Positions 50,659-59,333 of a stretch of 64,000 nucleotides of DNA are shown one piece after another; within the stretch, counting starts at the first letter, position 1; every line of letters begins with the position of its first letter. The stretch covers positions 32,001 through 96,000 of the forward strand of contig CAWDML010000003.1 in the NCBI GenBank assembly GCA_963803435.1, written 5' to 3'. The notes beneath the pieces are model-generated. The model saw only the letters and a program-made list of their open reading frames with translations. It searched no databases and was not told where the DNA came from. The position numbers were made by a program, and so were the translations under genes. Origin of the DNA: an uncultured delta proteobacterium (GTDB lineage: Bacteria > Myxococcota > Kuafuiibacteriia > Kuafuiibacteriales > Kuafuiibacteriaceae).

Positions 50659-52431
50659 TTGATCTCCGTCCGCTCCGCGCAGGGTGAAGAGACCATCCCG
50701 CTCGAGGACTTCGAGGCGCGGGTCCGCCAGGGCTTGATCGCGCCCTCCACGCTGGTCCGGCTCCCGGTGCTGACGGGAGACCGCTGGGTCGACGCCCGTG
50801 AGCTCGAGCTTTTCCGGCGTCTCTACGCGCCGGCGCGGATCCACTTCACGCGCGCGTTCTCGTTGGGCCGCTTCCCCTGGCTCACCACCACACTGGTCGT
50901 CCTCCAGATCGTGCTCTACTTCGGGATCGCGGGGGCGCAGCGGATGCTCGCCCTCGATCCGCTGATCGAGGCCGGCGCCAAGATCCCCGCGAACATCCTC
51001 GAGCTCGGCGAGACCTGGCGGCTCTTGACCGCGAACTTTCTCCACCGTGACATCCTCCACCTCCTGTTCAACATGTTCTTCCTGTTCAACGTCGGGGGGA
51101 CGATCGAGAACGCGTATCGGCTTCGCGACTATGTGCTGATCCTGGTGGCGTCGGCGGTCTCGACGACGGTGCTCTCCACGCTGCTGTCCAATAGCGCCTC
51201 CGTCGGCGCCAGCGGGATCGTGCTCGGTCTGTTCGGGAGTGCCTCGGTCTTCGGTTACAAGTACAGCGACATCCTGCCCGCCCGCTATCGAAGGTACTTC
51301 GGCGGCGCGGTGTTGCCGTACGCGCTCTTCATCCTCTACGTCGGGCTCGCGAACAAGGACACGGACAACTGGGGTCACCTGGGCGGGATGCTGGGCGGGC
51401 TGGCGGCCACCGTGCTGCTCGATCCGAAGCTGCTGCACCTCGGGCGCGCGGTCGAGCGCCCGCTGGTCCGCTTCGCGCCCATCCTCGCCAGCGTCGGGAT
51501 CGTGGCCGCCGTGCTGATCGCGGGCCCGCTGATCCGAGCCTCCGGGCCGAGCTTCACCGAGGTGTCCGATCCGAAGAGCGGCATCCGGTTCGTCCACCCG
51601 GATCGGTGGAAGAGCCTGGAGGAGAACCACCTCGGGTATCCGGCGTGGGGAAACAACACCATCGTGGTCGGCATCGGCGTGAGCGCCGAGCGACGCACCA
51701 CGCATCCGTTCACGGTGGACGAGGTCCGCAGGCGCTTCGTGCGGGACGAGCTCCGCGCCCGCGAGCGGGACGGAGACATCGCTGCCGTCGAGATCGTGGA
51801 CGAGCGTCCCTTCCTGATCGAGGGCGGGGTGGGCAAGAAGCTCGACATCACGCTCGAGTCGCGGGTCGGACCCCTGATCACGCGAAACTATTTGATCGCC
51901 CGCGGCTACTACTCGTATGCCGTCGTGCTGTCGGCGCGCGCCGAGTGGGCCGACGACTACACGAAGATCTTCGACACCATGGAGTCCGAGATCCGACTGA
52001 TCGAGCCCGAGGCGCTCACCAACGCCAAGCAGCGGGTCGCGATCTTCCCCGGTCAGTCGAGCGAGCATGTGGAGCTCGGCCATCAGCTCGCGTCGATCGG
52101 CGAGGTCCAGGCGGCCGCCCAGGCCTACCAGCGCGCGCTCGAGGCCCTGCCCGAGCTCCCGGAGGCGCTGTACGGCCTGGCCAAGCTGGCGGCCGACTAT
52201 GAGGGGGATCTGGACCAGGCCGAGGGCATCGCGGCCGAGCTCCACCGGCAGAGCCCGGAGGATCCCGCCTACGCCGGGCTGCTCGCGGATCTCCGCAATC
52301 GTCTGGGGCAGATCGACGGTGCCTGTGCGGTTCTTCAGGAGACGCTCGACCGGGTCTCGGATCCGCCGGAGGATCTGAGGGAGCGTCTGGTCCGGCTGGG
52401 CTGCCGCTCGGGAGCCTTGCTGGACCCATGA
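50659..52431 (+). CDS. Rhomboid intramembrane serine protease with GYF-like N-terminus and C-terminal soluble/TPR domains
   Basis: WRLLTANFLH..HLLFNM, VGASG, GHLGGMLGG; terminal TPRs. Confidence 0.9.
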   Translation: MISVRSAQGEETIPLEDFEARVRQGLIAPSTLVRLPVLTGDRWVDARELELFRRLYAPARIHFTRAFSLGRFPWLTTTLVVLQIVLYFGIAGAQRMLALDPLIEAGAKIPANILELGETWRLLTANFLHRDILHLLFNMFFLFNVGGTIENAYRLRDYVLILVASAVSTTVLSTLLSNSASVGASGIVLGLFGSASVFGYKYSDILPARYRRYFGGAVLPYALFILYVGLANKDTDNWGHLGGMLGGLAATVLLDPKLLHLGRAVERPLVRFAPILASVGIVAAVLIAGPLIRASGPSFTEVSDPKSGIRFVHPDRWKSLEENHLGYPAWGNNTIVVGIGVSAERRTTHPFTVDEVRRRFVRDELRARERDGDIAAVEIVDERPFLIEGGVGKKLDITLESRVGPLITRNYLIARGYYSYAVVLSARAEWADDYTKIFDTMESEIRLIEPEALTNAKQRVAIFPGQSSEHVELGHQLASIGEVQAAAQAYQRALEALPELPEALYGLAKLAADYEGDLDQAEGIAAELHRQSPEDPAYAGLLADLRNRLGQIDGACAVLQETLDRVSDPPEDLRERLVRLGCRSGALLDP

Positions 52432-53246
52432 GACGAGGCGTGGTGGCGAACGCGAACGACGGACTCCTCGCGCGCCTCTCGGCGTTCGTCGGGCGCTTTC
52501 GGGTCTTCTTCGTCCCCTTCGGCCTCTTTTCGATCCTCGCCATCGGCATCCACTCCGGGAGCGATCACATCGACGACGTCACGTACGCCTGCCTCAACGT
52601 CCTCGATCGCCTCCTCGACGGCGTCTTCGCCGCGGTGATCCGGGCCGTCTGGAGCTTCTTCGGCTCGCCGGAGGCCACCACCCAGGCTGCGATCTTCTGG
52701 GCGGTCGATCTGATCGATCTCGAGGTGAAGGACGGCATCGCTCGCTTCGCCGCGCTGATCGTCGAGCTCCTCGCCGACGTGATCCTGGCGCTCCCGGTGT
52801 TCCTCTACCGCGAGCGCGACGTCTCGCTGGTCGGCGTGGTGCGGAAGACGATGAAGGATCCCACCGTCCTTCGTGTGGTGGCGCCGATCTCCGGCGCGCT
52901 CGCCAGCCTCGCCGGCGTCCTCATCGTCACCCGCGAGATCCAGGTCTTCACCAGCGCCGAGCTCCTCTCCATCAAGACGGCGACCTCGCTCGCCGGCTGG
53001 GCCGCCAGCTTCGCGGGCCTCCTGGCGCTGGTCCTGGTGAGCTGGCGTCTCGGGTGGGTCGTCACCGTCGCCTCGATCCGCTGGGCCGAGTCCCGCGCGA
53101 TCGAGGACGAGCGCAACCGCGTCCCCGAGAAGACGCGTCGCCTCCGAGGGTGGTTCACCGCGCTGATCGCGCTCCCGATCTCCTGCTTCGCCTTCGTCGA
53201 CGCCATCGCGGTCATCGGCCGCATCCAGGCGCTGCTCCCTGGCTGA
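52428..53246 (+). CDS. Hypothetical integral membrane protein
   Basis: Several hydrophobic helices; ATGA overlap with the rhomboid gene. Confidence 0.7.
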   Translation: MRRGVVANANDGLLARLSAFVGRFRVFFVPFGLFSILAIGIHSGSDHIDDVTYACLNVLDRLLDGVFAAVIRAVWSFFGSPEATTQAAIFWAVDLIDLEVKDGIARFAALIVELLADVILALPVFLYRERDVSLVGVVRKTMKDPTVLRVVAPISGALASLAGVLIVTREIQVFTSAELLSIKTATSLAGWAASFAGLLALVLVSWRLGWVVTVASIRWAESRAIEDERNRVPEKTRRLRGWFTALIALPISCFAFVDAIAVIGRIQALLPG

Positions 53247-53255
53247 GGTCATCAG

Positions 53256-54533
53256 ATGGTCGATCCCAGCGGCGAGATGCAGAAGCTCAGTCGGCTCATC
53301 GAAGAGATGAGGAAGAAGGCGGACGGGACCGCCACCACGCCGGCCGTTCTCCCCCCGCCGAAGCGGAAGCGCCCCCGGGGCGGCCTCCTCGATCTGATCG
53401 CGGTCAGCATGGCGATCTACACCATGATCGTGACGACTCCGGTCGGAGGTCTGGTCGTCCGCACGTTCAACTATCTCACCGGCGCCCGGGCCAAGACGCG
53501 CCCGCTGATCGCGTACTTCGCGACGGAGGGGACCAGCAGCGCGGCGGGCGACGCGCGGATCCGCACGATCGCGCGGGCTCCCAAGAAGGAGGATGCGACC
53601 GGACGCCTCGCGAAGAAGGTCGGCCTGTCGCCGGAGGTGGCGCACGCGGTGGTGGTGATCGCGTCGTCGGGCGAGCAGGACGCGAACGGTCGTTACCAGG
53701 TCCGGCTGCTTCCGGCGGGCAAGTCCTCCCTCGCACAGATCGGCGTGCCGTTCCCCGCGCGGAAGGCGGCCAAGGATCGGGAGGAGGCCCTGATCGAGGG
53801 AGTGGCGAAGCTGGAGAAGGACCTCGGCTCTCCCGAGGCGGCGGTGGCAGCGCTCGCCGTCGAGCTCCCGCGGGTGCGCTACGCGGTCGATCGGGCGCGC
53901 GCGTCCGGTGCCGCCGATCCGGTGCCCTACACCTCGCTGCGACCGTTTCTCCCTCCGGCCGATCGCGACGACGCCGACAACCTGGTGGACGGCACGTTCG
54001 CGCTGGCGATCGCCTATGATCTCCAGTGGCCGGTCCCCGAGCACTACGCGGTCACCTCGGGGTTCGGATACCGGGAGCACCCGATCCTGGGCGGGCGGAA
54101 GCTCCACGCCGGCACCGATCTCGGCGTACCAGCGGGGACCGAGGTGCACGCGATCGCCGACGGCGTGGTGGTGCACGCGACCCGCGACGGCATCAACGGG
54201 TTGTTCGTGCAGATCGATCACGGACACGGCCTGACCAGCGCCTACTGTCACAACTCGAGGCTCCTGGTCTCGAGCGGCGACAAGGTCCGGAAGGGCGCGG
54301 TGATCTCGCGCTCCGGATCGACCGGGCGATCGACGGGGCCCCACCTGCACTTTCAGCTGGAGATCGATCGGAGGCCCGTGGATCCCGAGCTGTTCCGTCA
54401 GGGGGTCGAGCCGGTGGCGCAGGTCGCGCCGCTGCCTCCGCCGCGCGTGGTGGCGAGAGCGGTCTTCCGGCGCATCCCGAAGTCGTGGCGCCGGCGCTAC
54501 GGCCGGGTACGCAGGCTGGTGGCGATCCGCTGA
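53256..54533 (+). CDS. M23 family metallopeptidase with a degenerate SLT-like middle domain
   Basis: TSGFGYREHPI..HAGTD..YCHNS..STGRSTGPHLHF. Confidence 0.9.
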   Translation: MVDPSGEMQKLSRLIEEMRKKADGTATTPAVLPPPKRKRPRGGLLDLIAVSMAIYTMIVTTPVGGLVVRTFNYLTGARAKTRPLIAYFATEGTSSAAGDARIRTIARAPKKEDATGRLAKKVGLSPEVAHAVVVIASSGEQDANGRYQVRLLPAGKSSLAQIGVPFPARKAAKDREEALIEGVAKLEKDLGSPEAAVAALAVELPRVRYAVDRARASGAADPVPYTSLRPFLPPADRDDADNLVDGTFALAIAYDLQWPVPEHYAVTSGFGYREHPILGGRKLHAGTDLGVPAGTEVHAIADGVVVHATRDGINGLFVQIDHGHGLTSAYCHNSRLLVSSGDKVRKGAVISRSGSTGRSTGPHLHFQLEIDRRPVDPELFRQGVEPVAQVAPLPPPRVVARAVFRRIPKSWRRRYGRVRRLVAIR

Positions 54534-54541
54534 GAGCCGGC

Positions 54542-55495
54542 ATGGAACGTCGGCCAAGGGACGCGCGCCGTCTCGTCGTCGAGTACGCCGCGGTCGTCTC
54601 GGTCCTGGTGATGATCGCGACGATCTCGGGCTTTTTCGGCGGCGTCTGGTGGCTGCTGGATCTCTTCTCGCACTTTCGGATGCAGTACGCGGCGCTGGCG
54701 CTGCTCTGTGTGGTCGCCACGATGGTTCGGCCCGGATGGGTGACGGCGCTGACCGCGGCGCCGCTGCTCGTCAACGCCGCCTGCATCGCGCCGCTGTACC
54801 TGGGAGCGCCCGGGAGGGCCGATGCGCGCGTGACGCCGCTGGTCGTCACCAGCTTCAACGTCCACACCGAGAATCGCGAGAAGGCGGCGGTGGTGACGCT
54901 GCTCGAGCGCTCGGGGGCCGACGTGATCTTCGTGTACGAGGTCGACCGCGCCTGGCTGGAGGCGCTGGAGACGATGACGCCGCCGTATCGGATCGTCGAC
55001 AGCCGTCCCGAGTCCGACAACTTCGGGATCGCCGCCCTCGCGCGGGTGCCGGTCGCGGATCACCGTGTGATGGTGATGTCCGACGCGCTGGTGCCTTCGA
55101 TCGAGGTGACGATCGAGTGGGAGGGCCGAGAGGTGGTCCTCCTCGGGACGCACGCGCTCCCTCCCGTCAATGCCGCCTATGCAGCCGCCCGCGATCAGCA
55201 GCTCGCCAACGTCGGCGCCTGGTCCGAGAGGGAGCGCCGGCCTCATGCGGTGTTCGGCGACTTCAACGCGACGCCTTGGTCGGCGCCGTTTCGCGCCTTG
55301 GTCGAGGGGACGCTCGTCGACAGCGAGCGCGGTTGGGCGCCCAGCTGGCCGGCCGGGCAGGGGGCGCTCGGGCTCCTCGCCGTCCCGATCGATCACGCGC
55401 TGGTCAGCAAGGAACTGATCCCGCTGTCCCGCACGATCGGCGACAGCGCCGGATCGGATCACCGCGCGCTCACGGTGCGTCTCGGCTTCTACTGA
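54542..55495 (+). CDS. Endonuclease/exonuclease/phosphatase family protein with N-terminal TM helices
   Basis: LFSHFRMQY, SFNVH, GDFNATPWS, PIDH, GSDHRAL. Confidence 0.9.
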   Translation: MERRPRDARRLVVEYAAVVSVLVMIATISGFFGGVWWLLDLFSHFRMQYAALALLCVVATMVRPGWVTALTAAPLLVNAACIAPLYLGAPGRADARVTPLVVTSFNVHTENREKAAVVTLLERSGADVIFVYEVDRAWLEALETMTPPYRIVDSRPESDNFGIAALARVPVADHRVMVMSDALVPSIEVTIEWEGREVVLLGTHALPPVNAAYAAARDQQLANVGAWSERERRPHAVFGDFNATPWSAPFRALVEGTLVDSERGWAPSWPAGQGALGLLAVPIDHALVSKELIPLSRTIGDSAGSDHRALTVRLGFY

Positions 55496-56505
55496 ACCTG
55501 GAAGCTGGCGGCGGCGGTCGCGGTGCGACCAGACACCAGGAAGAACGACGTCGAGGTCTTCGTGTCGAGGGGACCGAGGAAGTCGCTGATCAGCACGAAG
55601 GTGGCGCGGACCGCGTTGGTGCCGCCCAGCAGGTTTTCGATCGTGACCTGGCCGGCGTCGCAGGCGACGGTGGCGCTCGCGATCTCCACGCCCATGCGGG
55701 CGGTGGGGATCGTCTTCAGCGAGATGCGGACGCGGTCGCCCTGGACCTCGTCGCAGGTGGCGGGGCCGGAGGTGCTGGTGATGCTCCAGAGGCCGTGGAA
55801 GCTCGCCGGGTCTCCGGGATCCTGGAAGAACGCGATGCCCTGATCCGCCTGCGCGGCTTCACCGACGCGAATCTGGAAGCGCTGCGGTACCCCGATCCGC
55901 GTGCCCGCCGCGTCGAGCATCTCGGCGAACACCTCGTAGATGCCGGGGTCGAGGGCGTCGACCAGGACCTCGCCGTCCTGGCAGTCAGGGTCCATGTCGA
56001 ACTGTCCGAACGAGCTCGGCGTCGTGTACAGGTGGATGCGGTCGACCTCGAAGGCGCCGCAGTTCGCGGCCGCGTTCTCACCTGCGATGGTCCAGTGGAA
56101 GAAGATGCTCCCCTTGTCGAACGAGCCCTGATCGATCACCACCGGAATCTCGAGCTCCGCCTCTTGATCGGCGACCACCTTGAGGTTCTGGTCCGAGATG
56201 GTGAGGACCGAGCCGCGGCCGGAGACGTCGAAGCTGAGCGTCACGCCGTATTGCCCCGGCGTCACGCGCTCGAACCGCACCGTCTGATCGTCGCCGCAGG
56301 GCACGTCGACGAGATCCCGTCCGAAGCGCACCGAGGCGCTGGTGAAGCCGAGCTCGCCGCAGTTGAGCGGATTCCCGACCTCATCGACGAGGGACCAGCT
56401 GATGACGGCCGAGCCGTACGTGACGGGCGGAGGCGGCGGTGGTTGATCGGCCCCGCTGCACCCGGCGATGCTGCCGAGGACGAGGATCGTGCGCATCGTC
56501 CACAT
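55489..56505 (-). CDS. Hypothetical lipoprotein with three Cys-pair beta-rich repeats
   Basis: IAGC lipobox, poly-Pro linker, three W(S/T)(L/I)...C...C...(P/G)G units. Confidence 0.7.
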   Translation of the reverse strand: MWTMRTILVLGSIAGCSGADQPPPPPPVTYGSAVISWSLVDEVGNPLNCGELGFTSASVRFGRDLVDVPCGDDQTVRFERVTPGQYGVTLSFDVSGRGSVLTISDQNLKVVADQEAELEIPVVIDQGSFDKGSIFFHWTIAGENAAANCGAFEVDRIHLYTTPSSFGQFDMDPDCQDGEVLVDALDPGIYEVFAEMLDAAGTRIGVPQRFQIRVGEAAQADQGIAFFQDPGDPASFHGLWSITSTSGPATCDEVQGDRVRISLKTIPTARMGVEIASATVACDAGQVTIENLLGGTNAVRATFVLISDFLGPLDTKTSTSFFLVSGRTATAAASFQVQ

Positions 56506-56550
56506 GTTCGAGAATCTACCCGCCAGATGCTGTCCTTGGCGTGCGACATC

Positions 56551-56579
56551 TTGACACCTCGATCGGAGCGAACCATATT
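56551..56579 (+). promoter_or_regulatory. sigma70-type promoter of tRNA-Asn
   Basis: TTGACA-N17-CATATT, 16 bp upstream of the tRNA. Confidence 0.65.
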
Positions 56580-56595
56580 CCCGGCTCCCAAACGG

Positions 56596-56668
56596 TCCGC
56601 AGTAGCTCAGTCGGCAGAGCGGGTGGCTGTTAACCACTAGGTCGGGGGTTCAAGTCCCTCCTGCGGAG
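56596..56668 (+). tRNA. trnN: tRNA-Asn(GTT)
   Basis: Acceptor stem TCCGCAG/CTGCGGA, D-arm TAGCTCAGTCGGCAGAGC, anticodon arm GGTGG-CTGTTAA-CCACT, T-loop GGTTCAAGTCC; CCA not encoded. Confidence 0.96.
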
Positions 56669-56677
56669 CTCGAATCG

Positions 56678-56700
56678 AAAGGCCCCTTTGGGGCCTTTTT
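56678..56700 (+). terminator. Rho-independent terminator
   Basis: AAAGGCCCC-TTT-GGGGCC-TTTTT directly after the tRNA. Confidence 0.8.
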
Positions 56701-56768
56701 CGTTTCGAGCGGGCAGCAGGGCCTCGGTCACGAAGGCTGCGCGCTTCGCGCTCGCCTTCTCAGTTAGC

Positions 56769-56860
56769 TCAAGTCCCTCGGACGCTCGCGTCACCTCGGG
56801 CCTTCGGCCCTCGGTCGCTCGCGGATCGGAGCTCGCTCCGCTCGCGGATCGGAGCTCGAA
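56769..56860. repeat. Split partial copy of the tRNA 3' end with palindromic REP-like sequence and a 20-bp direct repeat
   Basis: TCAAGTCCCTC and CGGAGCTCGAA recur; CGCTCGCGGATCGGAGCTCG at 56816-56835 and 56839-56858. Confidence 0.55.
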
Positions 56861-56862
56861 AG

Positions 56863-57519
56863 TCATCGCTGCGTGATCACCTGCTGGAGGAACGTCGCTG
56901 CGGCGGTCTCCGCGAGGAGGCTCGAGCGGAGGGCGCTGAACAGCGTCTGGTCGTCGAACGCCGGTCGGATCGGGCCGTTGCATCCCAGGTCGCCCGACGC
57001 GACCCCGGCCCGGAACGCGCCGTGGCAGACGTCGCTCTCGTCGAGCGTGTCGATGAGCGCCTGGTGGACCGTGCGCTGCGCCTCGACGAAGGCGGTGTCG
57101 AAGTCCACGCCCTGCGTCTCGAGCATGGCCATGATCTGCTGAGCCTCTTGCTGGGCCTGACTGCTCTCGATGCTCTCCACCGGGATGATTCCGAGGCGTG
57201 TCAGGCCGGCGTCCAGGATCCGTTGATCGTGCGCGTGCGCCGCGATGATGTCTTCCGCGAAGCTTCGGACCAGCGCGTCGGAGGCGAGCTGGGTGGCGAG
57301 CGCGCTCTGTTCGGTCGTCGCGACGCTCACGATCGAGACCAGCTGGGCGAGCTCACCTGCGGAGAGGCCGGACGCGTCCTCCGCCACCGGCGAGCCGAAG
57401 GAAGCCGGGCGGCTGCGCCCGGTGCCGTTGGGTGGTCCCTCGTTCCGTGCCTCTCCGCCGCACGCAACCACGGCGGCGGTCAGGGCCAGAGGGCACACGG
57501 TCGTCTTCCAGCGGGTCAT
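56863..57519 (-). CDS. DUF4142 domain lipoprotein
   Basis: VVAC lipobox; VRSFAEDIIAAH; FDTAFVEAQRTVH. Confidence 0.75.
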   Translation of the reverse strand: MTRWKTTVCPLALTAAVVACGGEARNEGPPNGTGRSRPASFGSPVAEDASGLSAGELAQLVSIVSVATTEQSALATQLASDALVRSFAEDIIAAHAHDQRILDAGLTRLGIIPVESIESSQAQQEAQQIMAMLETQGVDFDTAFVEAQRTVHQALIDTLDESDVCHGAFRAGVASGDLGCNGPIRPAFDDQTLFSALRSSLLAETAAATFLQQVITQR

Positions 57520-57532
57520 CGACGTCCTTCGG

Positions 57533-57548
57533 TGCACCCCGCATGCCG
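57533..57548 (-). promoter_or_regulatory. Putative sigma54 promoter of the DUF4142 gene
   Basis: Minus-strand CGGCATGCGGGGTGCA fits GG-N10-GC, 13 bp upstream of the ATG. Confidence 0.4.
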
Positions 57549-57632
57549 CCGGACGCGGTCGGGTCGGCCGGCCTTGGCGTTGGCGGCGAGACGCGTCGAG
57601 TGTGGCGTTGCTGGGCGCGCAGATGGACGGAT

Positions 57633-59255
57633 TCAGCGCCGCGCCGAGTCGCGCACGTAGAGCTGAACGAACGTGACCTCGTCGACGTAGACACCATCGA
57701 CCGGGCGCAAACCGATGCGCGAGAAGGCCGCCTCCTCCGAGGGCGGATAGCCTTCGCGATCCTCGAAGAGCGTGGCTGCGTCTCCCTGCTCGGGTGCGTT
57801 TGCGAAGGAGATCGAGCCCGGGAGCGTGCCCTCCCGGACGTACATGCGGTACGCGTCGTAGTTCGTGTGATCGAAGAACACCCGGGTCCCCGGACGAAGC
57901 TGGGCGACCTGGTCGAGGAGCGGTCGATTGAGCCCGCCCCAGAAGCTGCGCTGCATTCCGATCTCAGCGCCCCCGCGGATCCCGCCGGCCAGCTCGTTGT
58001 AGTAGCCGACACCGTTCGGATGACTGCGGACGATGCCGAGGAGGCCCGGCGCCATCGCCAGCGCCGCCAGCGTGGGGGCCGCCAAGGCGCGATGCCGCGG
58101 GAGCGCGTCGGCGAGCCAGCGGGCGGCGTCCACCAGGCCGCGCGCCGCCAGGATGCAGAGCGCCGGCATCGCGTTGTACCAGTGCTTGACGCCGCCGAAG
58201 ATCGGCGTGCCCGGGATCGAGATCAGCGCGATGGGGAGCAGCGCGCCGATCGCGAGCAGGAGATCGGGGCTCGAGCGACGGAGCGAACCGACCGCCGCGC
58301 GGAGCAAGCCGAGCGCCCCCAGCCCCAGGATCGTGGCGGGCACCGTCAGCACCGTCATCATCCACGAGAAGTGCCAAGGGAACGGCGGGTGCAGATAGAC
58401 CTTCCCGAAGTAGCGGATGGGATAGTGCTCGTGATTGAGGTGGAAGCGGACGTAGGTCGCGATCCGCGCGAACGTGTCGTGCCAGAGCCAGGGCCAGTGG
58501 GCGACGAATACCAGCGGCCCGAGCACCGCGCAGATCAAGAGCACACGCGGGATCGCGGGCAGCCGGAGATCGTAGCCGCCCGAGGGCCCGGGCACGAAGC
58601 GGAGTGCCCGCAGCGTGTGCTCGCGATGCAGCCAGAGCAACACGAAGATCGCCGGGAGGAAGAGGGCGTTGAGCTTGGTCGCCAGCGCCAGCCCGAACAG
58701 GAGCCCGGCGAGGAGCTCACTCCCGAGACGGCCGCCGTCGAGGGCCCGCCAGAAAGACCACAGCGACAGCGTCCACATGGCCGTGATTGGGACGTCGAAG
58801 CAGGCGAGGTGGGCGTCGTAGAAGTAGCGCGGAATCGTCGCCATCAGCGCGGCCGCCATCAGCCCCACCGGCGCCGAGACGGTGCGACGACCCAAAAGGA
58901 AGGTGGCGAACAGGCTGAGCGCCGCGAAGGCGAAGCCGGTGAAACGAAACCCCTGGGCCGGCCCGGTCCAACCCAACCACTTGTGCAGCACGCGAAAGCT
59001 GATCCCCTGGAGCAGCTTCACCAGCGCCGGATGCTCGGCGTTGTATTCGAAGCGCAGCCGGATCTCACCGTCCGAGAACGCGTCGGCGAAGCGGCGCGAG
59101 AAGAGCGTATCCCACCAGGCGCCGTACTGTTCGGCGGCCTTGAAGTAGTAGCCTTCGTCGCGGGTATAGCCGGTCGCGGGAGCCGTCGCGGCCAGTACTG
59201 TCGCATAACCCGCCGACAACACGACGGCCGCCAGTGTCCACCGTCGCGACTCCAC
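57633..59255 (-). CDS. GT-C fold glycosyltransferase (ArnT/PMT-like)
   Basis: TRDEGYY, EHPALVK, AHLACFD, GLALATK; multiple TM helices. Confidence 0.85.
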   Translation of the reverse strand: MESRRWTLAAVVLSAGYATVLAATAPATGYTRDEGYYFKAAEQYGAWWDTLFSRRFADAFSDGEIRLRFEYNAEHPALVKLLQGISFRVLHKWLGWTGPAQGFRFTGFAFAALSLFATFLLGRRTVSAPVGLMAAALMATIPRYFYDAHLACFDVPITAMWTLSLWSFWRALDGGRLGSELLAGLLFGLALATKLNALFLPAIFVLLWLHREHTLRALRFVPGPSGGYDLRLPAIPRVLLICAVLGPLVFVAHWPWLWHDTFARIATYVRFHLNHEHYPIRYFGKVYLHPPFPWHFSWMMTVLTVPATILGLGALGLLRAAVGSLRRSSPDLLLAIGALLPIALISIPGTPIFGGVKHWYNAMPALCILAARGLVDAARWLADALPRHRALAAPTLAALAMAPGLLGIVRSHPNGVGYYNELAGGIRGGAEIGMQRSFWGGLNRPLLDQVAQLRPGTRVFFDHTNYDAYRMYVREGTLPGSISFANAPEQGDAATLFEDREGYPPSEEAAFSRIGLRPVDGVYVDEVTFVQLYVRDSARR

Positions 59256-59333
59256 GGTGCGGGACTATAGAGGGCCGAAGCCGGCATGGCGAGCGCTGGA
59301 TAAAACAGGGGCGAGAGAATAGGACGTGAACGC

